DNA of 12,511 nucleotides from Myxococcota bacterium (GTDB lineage Bacteria > Myxococcota > SpSt-1050). The stretch lies in assembly GCA_049969675.1 (NCBI GenBank), contig JBMFOP010000088.1, positions 1 to 12,511 on the forward strand, given 5' to 3'. The notes beneath the pieces are model-generated. The model was not told the origin of the DNA. It did no database searches and saw only the letters and a program-made list of their open reading frames with translations. Both the position numbers and the translations under genes were made by a program. The first letter of the stretch is position 1. Each line of letters starts with the position of its first letter. Of this stretch, positions 1 through 7,004 are shown piece by piece.

Positions 1-276
1 ATCCTTCGTGAGCTCTGCCATAGCGCTCTCTACAAATGCCTCTTTCTCTCTCTCCGACTTAACTGCACCATCTTTTGTGCAGTTGGATGTACCGGTTGTG
101 ATTCCAAAGGTCTGACTTCCGGATGTCCCATTTGTGGTCGCAGCAAAGACCTGCACAAAACCGTCATCCTTAATAATCATTGACCCAAGTCCACAGCCTG
201 CCATCCCGTAATTGCCTGCGAATGCAGCGGCTGAGACAAGTGACAATACAAGGGCTACCAAAAATTTCTTCTTCAT
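1..276 (-). CDS. DUF3015-family secreted protein (3' end beyond window edge)
   Basis: Not in the ORF track because there is no stop in the window. ATG is at 276-274 with AAGGAGG upstream. Manual translation [70 protein letters not shown]... shows a Sec signal peptide (AFA) and the GCGLG / AATTNGT / QTFGITxGTSNC motifs of DUF3015. Confidence 0.88.
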   Translation of the reverse strand, partial: MKKKFLVALVLSLVSAAAFAGNYGMAGCGLGSMIIKDDGFVQVFAATTNGTSGSQTFGITTGTSNCTKDGAVKSEREKEAFVESAMAELTKD

Positions 277-481
277 ACAAACCTCCTTCTGTCAAAAAGG
301 CGCCTTATGTTGAATTGTATTCTTAAGGTAGTGGTTTTAAAAAGTCAAGTTAAATAACTTCAATTTTCCAGACTCCAAAATTTTATCTCTATGATGTTTA
401 TAAACACAGCTAATTAAGACTGATTAATATCACATAGTATTTGGGAAACCATTCAAAAATGAGCCAATTTTACAACCCCTT

Positions 482-656
482 TGCAAATCTGACTATCCAG
501 ATAGGTATAAGGTCTCTCTTTACATTGTGCCATCGCTTTCGCATGTGCTATCAGATGTCCAGACTGTTCCATTACAAACTTCTTGAAGTCCCTGAGAAGA
601 AGCCCTCTGCGATTCATAAAATCTTCTATAGCCTGTGGATAACCTATTGTCAGATA
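482..656 (-). pseudogene. Fragment of a probable transposase-like/hypothetical protein of an unclassified mobile element
   Basis: Reads [59 protein letters not shown]. It is protein-like, has no SD of its own, and abuts the comM fragment. The resemblance to the N-terminal region of large multi-copy IS-like hypothetical proteins (GYLxIxY...GxLxKDFxxF...HA...RPxxYL...RKE) is from memory only. Confidence 0.4.
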
Positions 657-941
657 CATATCCAGTCAATTTTATGCTGGTTGCTGCTATGAACCCCTGT
701 CCGTGCGGATATCTCGGGGATCCAAACCACAAATGTCTCTGTTCATATCCAACCATTCAAAGATATCGCACTCGCATTTCCGGGCCATTGCTTGACAGAA
801 TAGATATCCATATTGATGTCCCGCCAGTGAACTATTTGGAACTTTCAAGTACGAGAGAGGGTGAGCCATCTACAAAGATTAGAGAGAGGGTCATTAGGGC
901 AAGAAAGATTCAGGAAGAGAGGTTTAAAAAACATAATAATA
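656..941 (+). pseudogene. comM: Internal fragment of ComM/YifB Mg-chelatase-like AAA+ ATPase
   Basis: [22 protein letters not shown]...CLC...[21 protein letters not shown]...[16 protein letters not shown] is the characteristic post-Walker-B ComM segment, with Cys cluster and LLDRID arginine-finger region. The N-terminal domain, Walker A/B and C-terminal domain are absent. ORF 635..991 is a chimera whose ends come from neighbouring sequences. Confidence 0.92.
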
Positions 942-965
942 TACATCTGTCCAAAATAAATTTTT

Positions 966-994
966 TTGATATGGGGGCCTCAGAAAGATAGAAC
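966..994 (+). promoter_or_regulatory. Putative sigma70 promoter of the IS transposase
   Basis: TTGATA (966-971), 17 bp spacer, TAGAAC (989-994), lying upstream of AGGAGG (1021-1026) and ATG 1033. Confidence 0.35.
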
Positions 995-1032
995 TATTTT
1001 GTCAATCAAAAAACCCTGGAAGGAGGCTTCCT

Positions 1033-1257
1033 ATGAATAAGTATAGCAGCATTTTTGGACAAATTCTTGAGATTTCAAAGAGTGAGTTTTATAAGGCGGT
1101 GAGAGAGACGAAGGCTGATTATAGGGTAATGGGATTTAGTTGTTGGGGGCAATTTGTAGCGATGTTATTTTGCCAATTAGGGCTGGCTCAATAAACCCTA
1201 TGAGACATTGCGCCTGTTGTGCCCGAGGTTGATTAACTTTCTTTAGGGGGTATTTAA
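1033..1257 (+). pseudogene. IS4-family transposase pseudogene (DUF4372-type N-terminus fused to C-terminal remnant)
   Basis: 1033..1194 encodes MNKYSSIFGQILEISKSEFYKAVRETKADYRVMGFSCWGQFVAMLFCQLGLAQ*, with the FSCWxQFVAMLFCQL motif of DUF4372. From 1184 another frame reads WLNKPYETL, then after a frameshift PVVPEVD*LSLGGI*, resembling the C-terminus of these transposases. The DDE core is missing. Confidence 0.82.
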
Positions 1258-1443
1258 GCTGGACAGCATTTTAAGGGATAGTGAAGAAAGGGGGGTAACC
1301 TGATTTTGAAGATGTGGATTTACCCATCCAGAATCTTTATTTTACAAATAGTTAATTCTTCAGGTCAGATTATTCTGGACAGCAGTGATAAATTTTAGTT
1401 TTTTAAATAGGGGTTTGTTGATCTAAAATCAGGTAAATTTCCC

Positions 1444-1471
1444 TTGCCCATTTAGAAAATTTGGTTATACT
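1444..1471 (+). promoter_or_regulatory. Putative sigma70 promoter for pepF
   Basis: TTGCCC (1444-1449), 16 bp spacer, TATACT (1466-1471), about 40 bp upstream of the start codon. Confidence 0.4.
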
Positions 1472-1513
1472 CTGGACGCAATGGTCTTTCAATGCCATTA
1501 GAGGAGGTATGAG

Positions 1514-3415
1514 ATGAAAAAGATAGCCTTTTTCTTCTTCGTAGTGTCAACAATGATAATATTTATGGCAGCATATCAACAGGGAGGAACGACGATGAGT
1601 AAGAGTGATATAAAGGAGAGGAACCAGATTGATTCAAAGTATAAATGGGAACTCTCGCATCTTTATAAGAATACAGAAGAGTGGAAGAAGGATAAGGATT
1701 TTATATTGAATAGCCTTAAAGAATTTGAAAGATACAAAGGTAAGCTCAAAAAGCCAGAGGATATAAAAAAGGTCTTAGACCTGTATTTCACCCTTATGCA
1801 CAAACTCTATAGAATCAGTGGCTATGCAATGATGGCTTATGACCAGGATACGCGGGTCTCTGACTCGTTGGCACTCAAATCTATCTCTGAAAAGGTGTCA
1901 GCCGATTTTGGCGAAGCCACTGCATTTATTGAGCCCGAGATTGTATCTCTTCCGGAGAGTACAATAAAGAAACTTATATCAGATAAAAACTTTAAGGACT
2001 ATGATATGTTCCTTAGAAATCTACTCCGTAAGAAATCACATATACTATCAAGAGTGGAAGAGGAGCTACTCGCTCGCACCGCCACATTTGCGAGTGCGGG
2101 ATACAATATCTATTCAGCCTTCACCGGTGGTGAATTGAACTTCCCCGAGATTGAACTCTCCAATAAGGAGCGGGTGCAATTAAATCAGGCAAATTATACA
2201 AAATATAGAGAATCGCCAGTCAGAGCGGATAGAGAGAAGGTATTTAACGAGTTTTTCTCAACCTATATGAAGTATAAGAACACACTTGCACAGTCACTTG
2301 CCTCGCAGGTAGATGCTAATATCTTCTATGCGAAGAGCAAGAAATATAAATCAGCACTTGAGGCATCTATATTCTACGAGAATATCCCGGTAGAATTATA
2401 TGAAAACCTGATAAAGATGATAAATGAAAATTTGCCTGTATTGCATCGCTATTTGAGGCTCAAGCAGGAGATGCTGGGACTGAATGATTTAAGATATTAT
2501 GACCTTTATGCACCAATTACCTCAGGTGTTCAGGATACATATTCTTATGAGGAGGCAGTAAAGATCGCTGAGGAGACACTGAGGCCTATGGGAGATGAGT
2601 ATGTGAAAGTGGCAATTTCTGCACTAACTCCGGGGAGTGGATGGGTGGATGTCTATCCAAACAAGGGGAAGAGGTCTGGTGCATATATGACGGGAGATCA
2701 CTATGATGTACACCCATACATCCTTCTGAATTACAACGACAATTATAATTCAGTTTCCACCATGTTGCACGAACTCGGACATGCTATGCACTCATATTAT
2801 TCAAATAAGAATCAGGTATTTGCAAAGGCGAACTATCCTATCTTTGTGGCAGAGGTGGCTTCCACATTCAATGAGAACCTATTATTGAACTATATGCTTT
2901 CAAAGGTGAGTGACCCTGAGAAGAGAAGGGCATTACTTGGTGAATCCCTTGAGACAATGCGAACAACGGTCTTCAGACAGGCGATGTTTTCAGAATTTGA
3001 ATACAATATCTATAAGGCGGCAGAGAATAAAGAGCCACTGACAGCGGACTTCTTAAATAAGACATATCTGGAACTCCTGAAGAAGTATTATGGAGATTCA
3101 AAGGGGGTGGTAAAGATTGATGACCTCTATTCGGTTGAGTGGGCATATGTTCCGCATTTTTACTATAACTTTTATGTATATAAATATGTAACTGGCTACA
3201 TAGCGGCTGTATATCTGAGTGAGAAGGTCTTAAAAGAGGGTGAAGGTGCAAGGAGACCCTATATCGAGAATATGCTCAAAGGAGGCTTCTCTGATTATCC
3301 TCTTGAACTCTTAAAACGTTCAGGTGCAGATATGATGACCAAAACGCCTTATGAAGAGGCATTCAATGTCTTCTCAAAGAGAATAGAAGAGCTTGAGAAG
3401 CTGACAAAGAAATAG
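1514..3415 (+). CDS. pepF: Oligoendopeptidase F (peptidase M3B) with N-terminal signal-like peptide
   Basis: Zinc motif HELGHAMH and third ligand in FVAEVAS, plus KWELSHLY, WVDVYPNKGKRSGAY, HPYILLNY and WAYVPHFYYNFYVYKY. GGAGG at 1503-1507. Confidence 0.96.
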   Translation: MKKIAFFFFVVSTMIIFMAAYQQGGTTMSKSDIKERNQIDSKYKWELSHLYKNTEEWKKDKDFILNSLKEFERYKGKLKKPEDIKKVLDLYFTLMHKLYRISGYAMMAYDQDTRVSDSLALKSISEKVSADFGEATAFIEPEIVSLPESTIKKLISDKNFKDYDMFLRNLLRKKSHILSRVEEELLARTATFASAGYNIYSAFTGGELNFPEIELSNKERVQLNQANYTKYRESPVRADREKVFNEFFSTYMKYKNTLAQSLASQVDANIFYAKSKKYKSALEASIFYENIPVELYENLIKMINENLPVLHRYLRLKQEMLGLNDLRYYDLYAPITSGVQDTYSYEEAVKIAEETLRPMGDEYVKVAISALTPGSGWVDVYPNKGKRSGAYMTGDHYDVHPYILLNYNDNYNSVSTMLHELGHAMHSYYSNKNQVFAKANYPIFVAEVASTFNENLLLNYMLSKVSDPEKRRALLGESLETMRTTVFRQAMFSEFEYNIYKAAENKEPLTADFLNKTYLELLKKYYGDSKGVVKIDDLYSVEWAYVPHFYYNFYVYKYVTGYIAAVYLSEKVLKEGEGARRPYIENMLKGGFSDYPLELLKRSGADMMTKTPYEEAFNVFSKRIEELEKLTKK

Positions 3416-3416
3416 T

Positions 3417-4772
3417 CTATTCATTAAATTTCTGTCTGCTTATTCCGAGTACTTTAATCCTTTTATGCAGGGTGGTACGTTCTATGCCCAGTATCCTTGC
3501 GGCCCTTGCAATAATCCAGTCGGACTTCTCCAGTGCATCCAGAATCATCTTTCTCTCTATCTCATCTCTTGTCTTCTTTAAAGTCCCCTGCTGGACAATC
3601 TCATCTTTTTCAAAGATAAATTCGGGGAGGTCCTTCTCTTCAATAATATCGTCTGATAGTATGACAATACTCTCTATTACATTCTTTAATTCCCTTACAT
3701 TCCCGGGCCAGCTGTAATCCATCAACTTCTTCAGTGCACCTTCCTGAATTCTCTTCTTTATAAGTCCATTCTCACGACAGACAGAGTTTATAAATGTCTC
3801 AACAAAGAGTGGGATGTCCTCCCGTCTCTCCCTTAGAGGTGGCATATGTATCTGGACAACATTCAGTCTGAAGAAGAGGTCCTCTCTAAATTTCTCTTCG
3901 GATATAAGTCTTTTGATATCTTTGTTGGTGGCAGCAATTACACGAATGTCAACCTTTTGAAACTTCTCGCTGCCCAGCCTTGAGAACTCACCGGTCTGTA
4001 GCACTCTCAAAATCTTTGCCTGAGCTGCAAGACTCATATCGGCTATCTCATCTAAAAAGAGGGTTCCTTTATCTGCAAGTTCAATCAGCCCTTTTTTGGG
4101 CTCGCTTGCACCGGAGAAGGCACCCTTTTCAAAGCCAAAGAGCTCGCTCTCAATCAATTCGGAAGGTATGGCTGCGCAGTTAACCTTGATAAATGGGAAC
4201 TGCTTCCTCTTTGAATTCTGATGAATGGATTTGGCTACAAGCTCTTTCCCGGTTCCGCTCTCACCGGTGATAAATACCCTCGCATTTGTTGGTGAGACCT
4301 TCTTTATGGTATCCAGAACCTCCAATATCTTTTCTGACTTTCCAATTATCTCATCCTCTTCTTTTAATGCCCTTAATGCCATCAGTTCTTCATATAGATT
4401 CTTCTTCTCAATGCAATGTCTGATGGCTAATAGCACCCTCTCTCTGTCAAGTGGCTTTTCAAAGAAGTCATAAGCCCCCTTTTTAATCGCCTCAACAGCA
4501 TTCTGAATATTTGCGTGCCCTGATATCATTATTATATATGCAGATGGATTGATTACCCTTATCTCATCAATCATCCTGATGCCATCATTATCAGGTAATT
4601 TTACATCCAGAAGGATCAGGTCATATTCATCTTTTTTTAATTTCTCAAGCGCCTCTTTGGCGCAGGATGCCTCTTCGGTAGAATAATTCTCAGATGATAA
4701 TATCATTGAGAGCGTTCTTCTGATGTTCTTTTCATCATCAACAATCAATATCTTGTACTTATCTGATGACAT
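3417..4772 (-). CDS. Sigma54-dependent NtrC/NtrX-like response regulator (REC + AAA+ + Fis HTH)
   Basis: Receiver domain (ILIVDDE, LLDVKLP, ISGH, FEKP), Walker A GESGTGKE, ESELFG..KGAFSGA, Walker B LFLDEI, WPGNVREL, and C-terminal HTH AARILGIERTTLHKRI. Confidence 0.96.
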   Translation of the reverse strand: MSSDKYKILIVDDEKNIRRTLSMILSSENYSTEEASCAKEALEKLKKDEYDLILLDVKLPDNDGIRMIDEIRVINPSAYIIMISGHANIQNAVEAIKKGAYDFFEKPLDRERVLLAIRHCIEKKNLYEELMALRALKEEDEIIGKSEKILEVLDTIKKVSPTNARVFITGESGTGKELVAKSIHQNSKRKQFPFIKVNCAAIPSELIESELFGFEKGAFSGASEPKKGLIELADKGTLFLDEIADMSLAAQAKILRVLQTGEFSRLGSEKFQKVDIRVIAATNKDIKRLISEEKFREDLFFRLNVVQIHMPPLRERREDIPLFVETFINSVCRENGLIKKRIQEGALKKLMDYSWPGNVRELKNVIESIVILSDDIIEEKDLPEFIFEKDEIVQQGTLKKTRDEIERKMILDALEKSDWIIARAARILGIERTTLHKRIKVLGISRQKFNE

Positions 4773-4775
4773 ATA

Positions 4776-5201
4776 TTATTCTTGTGATTCAGGAGATTCT
4801 CTCTTCTCAGTCTGCTTCTCGTCCTTCTCCTCCCTTGCAGAGTTATCTTCTTCCTTCTCTTCATTGCTAAATCCACCTATACCCTTTCCAGAGTCTTCAA
4901 AGGCATATTTGAAGTTAAGTATCTGTTTATTTACCACAACTACATCAACTTCTACCTCATCCTTGTTGTGTAGAAGTTTAATAGTATGCTTACCGGCTTT
5001 GACCGGCACAACATCTATCTTTGTTATCTCCCCAACCTTCTTTCCATCAATAAATGCAATTGTGTTTTCAGCTGGAATGACCTCAAATTTGATCCCCGTT
5101 GTAATGTTTTTAGCGGGTTTTGATGCCTTCTTCTCTCCCGCATATGAGAGGAGAGAGAACATAAGGACGATGATTGATGCCAATAGGAATACTCTTTTCA
5201 T
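4776..5201 (-). CDS. Secreted PEGA-like domain protein with acidic C-terminal tail
   Basis: GGAGG SD, signal peptide MKRVFLLASIIVLMFSLLSYA, PEGA-like beta pattern FEVIPAENTIAFIDGKKVG...VPVKAGKHTIKL, and a Glu-rich tail. The gap to the regulator ATG is 3 bp. Confidence 0.75.
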   Translation of the reverse strand: MKRVFLLASIIVLMFSLLSYAGEKKASKPAKNITTGIKFEVIPAENTIAFIDGKKVGEITKIDVVPVKAGKHTIKLLHNKDEVEVDVVVVNKQILNFKYAFEDSGKGIGGFSNEEKEEDNSAREEKDEKQTEKRESPESQE

Positions 5202-5251
5202 CTTCCACCTCCTGAAAGGATAACCTGAAAAATATTCAGGCTATATTTATT

Positions 5252-5280
5252 ATTATATGTCCTTTTTATTCTCAAGTAAA
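5252..5280 (-). promoter_or_regulatory. Putative sigma70 promoter for the PEGA-regulator pair
   Basis: Minus-strand TTTACT (5280-5275), 17 bp spacer, TATAAT (5257-5252). A CCTGAA-N5-TTCAGG inverted repeat at 5224-5240 lies in the predicted leader. The context is AT-rich, so a chance match is possible. Confidence 0.35.
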
Positions 5281-5474
5281 TAAAAAATGACGATACAACC
5301 CCTGATAGTTTTGCTAATATTATATCACTCATAATGGAGATGACTGGAATTGGGCCAGAATTCAAAATATAGATTCAGGAATATGAAGTTGTTGCCATTC
5401 ATTTTTGAAAATAAAAAGTTCTTCAGTTCTGTTGTCTGGCTAAATATAGATGCTTGAGTCTTATATATGGGCAA

Positions 5475-6833
5475 TTATCTCTTGATTTTGAATGTCTCTT
5501 CAGATGATGCATCTACTCTTACCTTCTTTGTCTTTGTGCTGGTATGTGAGCCAGTCCCTTTTCTTTTTATTCTTTTGTTTGTAGTGCTTGTGGTGGTCTC
5601 CCTCTGTCTTGAAATCACATGCTGTAACTCTTTTACTATCATCTCTCGTGTCTCGCTCTCCTCCCACTCCCCTGCAATAGAGACATTCTCTATATTGATA
5701 TTGAGAAGTTCAGAGTAATAGACCAGCATCCTTCTTCGCCATGGTTCCCCTGCATATTCCTCTTCTATCTTCTTCCTCGCTTTTGACCCGATCATCTCTC
5801 TGAGTGTATTATGTTCGGCAAGTGCTACGAGATGAGTATATAGCATATTTTCATTTCCCATATCATATAGCAAAATCTCTTCCCCATTCTTAAATGAACT
5901 CTCAAGGGCTGGTGTCTTTGTAGCTACTACAGGGACAGAGGCAGACATCATATCAAGTAGTTTGAGAGGGATTACACCACCGACTATATTTCTGTTTGCA
6001 TCATTTAAGGGGACAACAGCGACATTCGTCTTTTTATAAATATTCTCCAGCTCCGAACCGTATCTTGGACCCTCAAATCTGAATACATCATCTATCCCCA
6101 GTTTTTGAATGCGTGTTACTATATCTCCGAGTCTCTCGGGATTGGTAAATCCAACTATATTTACCTGAATATTGTAATTCTTCTTCAATTTTTTAATTGC
6201 ATAAAAGAACAAATCAATATCTTCCCATCCAGAGAAACTCCCAATATAAAGGATATTGAAGAGACCCTCTCTTTCAGACTCCACAGGCTTCCTGAGTTTT
6301 ACTACCCCGGGTATAAAACGGATATTCTCTGAAAATCCTCTCTGAGAAAAATACTCCATCATTGTAAGAGATGGGATAAAAATCCTATCAGCCTTCTTCA
6401 GACAGAGATCCTCTTCCTCTTTTATCTGAGAATATAAACTTTGTGAAATCCCGGCAAATTTTAACTCCCAGGAGGAGAGTGAGTAGATATCAAATATGGT
6501 ATTGAACCCATAATCCTCTTTTAGATTGCTCGCCACCAGTCCACCGAATGGGTCTGTAAAGTGAACAATATCGTACATCCCGCCCTCGAGTTGTCTTGAG
6601 AGTGCACGACGGAAGGTACTGATCCTCTCCTTGAAAGTCATATTTTCAACCGGTACCCTGTAGATTCTTGCACCGAGCCACTTCTCAAGGTGGGCGAGTC
6701 CTTCATATTTCAGGGTTAAGACATCTACATTAAATGCCCTTGTGAGGCAGTCTGTGAGCATAAGTACCTTTGTCGATGTATATGAGGCATCGGGGACACA
6801 TTCAAAACTTACTATTAATATTTTATTGTCCAT
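5475..6833 (-). CDS. Glycosyltransferase family 4 (GT-B fold) with C-terminal extension
   Basis: KILIVS N-terminus, YDIVHF, KKADRIFIPS, ILYIGSF, PLKLLDMMSASVPVVAT and the LREMIGSKARKKIEEEY pattern typical of Glycos_transf_1. Confidence 0.9.
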   Translation of the reverse strand: MDNKILIVSFECVPDASYTSTKVLMLTDCLTRAFNVDVLTLKYEGLAHLEKWLGARIYRVPVENMTFKERISTFRRALSRQLEGGMYDIVHFTDPFGGLVASNLKEDYGFNTIFDIYSLSSWELKFAGISQSLYSQIKEEEDLCLKKADRIFIPSLTMMEYFSQRGFSENIRFIPGVVKLRKPVESEREGLFNILYIGSFSGWEDIDLFFYAIKKLKKNYNIQVNIVGFTNPERLGDIVTRIQKLGIDDVFRFEGPRYGSELENIYKKTNVAVVPLNDANRNIVGGVIPLKLLDMMSASVPVVATKTPALESSFKNGEEILLYDMGNENMLYTHLVALAEHNTLREMIGSKARKKIEEEYAGEPWRRRMLVYYSELLNINIENVSIAGEWEESETREMIVKELQHVISRQRETTTSTTNKRIKRKGTGSHTSTKTKKVRVDASSEETFKIKR

Positions 6834-6843
6834 ACCCGTATAG

Positions 6844-6871
6844 ATTATACCGAGAAATTCTTATTTGTCAT
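6844..6871 (-). promoter_or_regulatory. Putative sigma70 promoter for the glycosyltransferase (near-leaderless)
   Basis: Minus-strand ATGACA (6871-6866), 16 bp spacer, TATAAT (6849-6844). Only 10 nt separate the -10 box from the ATG, and there is no canonical SD. Confidence 0.5.
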
Positions 6872-6924
6872 CAAAAATCAGGAGGGATTATCGGATATGT
6901 CAAATTTATCATATCTGGGGGATG

Positions 6925-6940
6925 TGTGAGAAATGTCACA
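6925..6940. promoter_or_regulatory. CRP/FNR-family binding site (perfect TGTGA-N6-TCACA)
   Basis: TGTGA-GAAATG-TCACA followed by TTT, in the divergent intergenic region. It is flanked by outward-facing TTGACA hexamers (minus 6903-6898; plus 6947-6952). Confidence 0.6.
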
Positions 6941-7004
6941 TTTTTGTTGACAGCCTTTATATTGTCTGATTTGATAAAAGAATGGATTCTTGTGGAGAGT
7001 CGGT

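Larger units (their letters stand above)
942..1387 (+). mobile_element. Internally deleted IS4-family insertion sequence (446 bp, non-autonomous remnant)
   Basis: Imperfect terminal inverted repeats TACATCTGTCCAAAATAA (942-959) and TTATTCTGGACAGCAGTG (1370-1387) match at 14/18. They enclose N- and C-terminal transposase remnants. comM similarity stops at about 941. No clear target-site duplication. Confidence 0.8.

Noticed and set aside
634..642. Perfect DnaA box (TGTGGATAA = reverse complement of TTATCCACA)
   Set aside because: It is a single copy, explained by G-Y-P-Q codons of the minus-strand fragment. There is no box cluster or dnaA context, so this is not an origin.
441..869. ORFs 441..692 (+), 520..756 (-) and 687..869 (-)
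   Set aside because: These are alternative frames over the fragments already explained, with no recognisable motifs.
635..991. 118-aa ORF as an intact gene
   Set aside because: It is chimeric: the GTG start lies in the neighbouring fragment and the last residues run into the IS end. It has no SD and no Walker motifs.
1298..1434. 10-bp inverted repeat ACCTGATTTT / AAAATCAGGT spanning the IS right end
   Set aside because: It is short and AT-rich, the arms are far apart, and it does not extend cleanly, so it is likely chance.
5281..5474. Possible small ORF or sRNA in the GT4-PEGA intergenic region (repeated AAATATAGAT; 25-codon minus-strand ORF)
   Set aside because: No SD, no recognisable RNA family or terminator, and only short AT-rich repeats.
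2973..6332. Antisense ORFs 2973..3251, 3472..3717, 3980..4183, 4225..4473, 4723..5223, 5467..5718 and 6105..6332
   Set aside because: These are shadow frames opposite well-supported genes, many of them Ser/Phe-rich as expected from antisense Glu/Lys codons.
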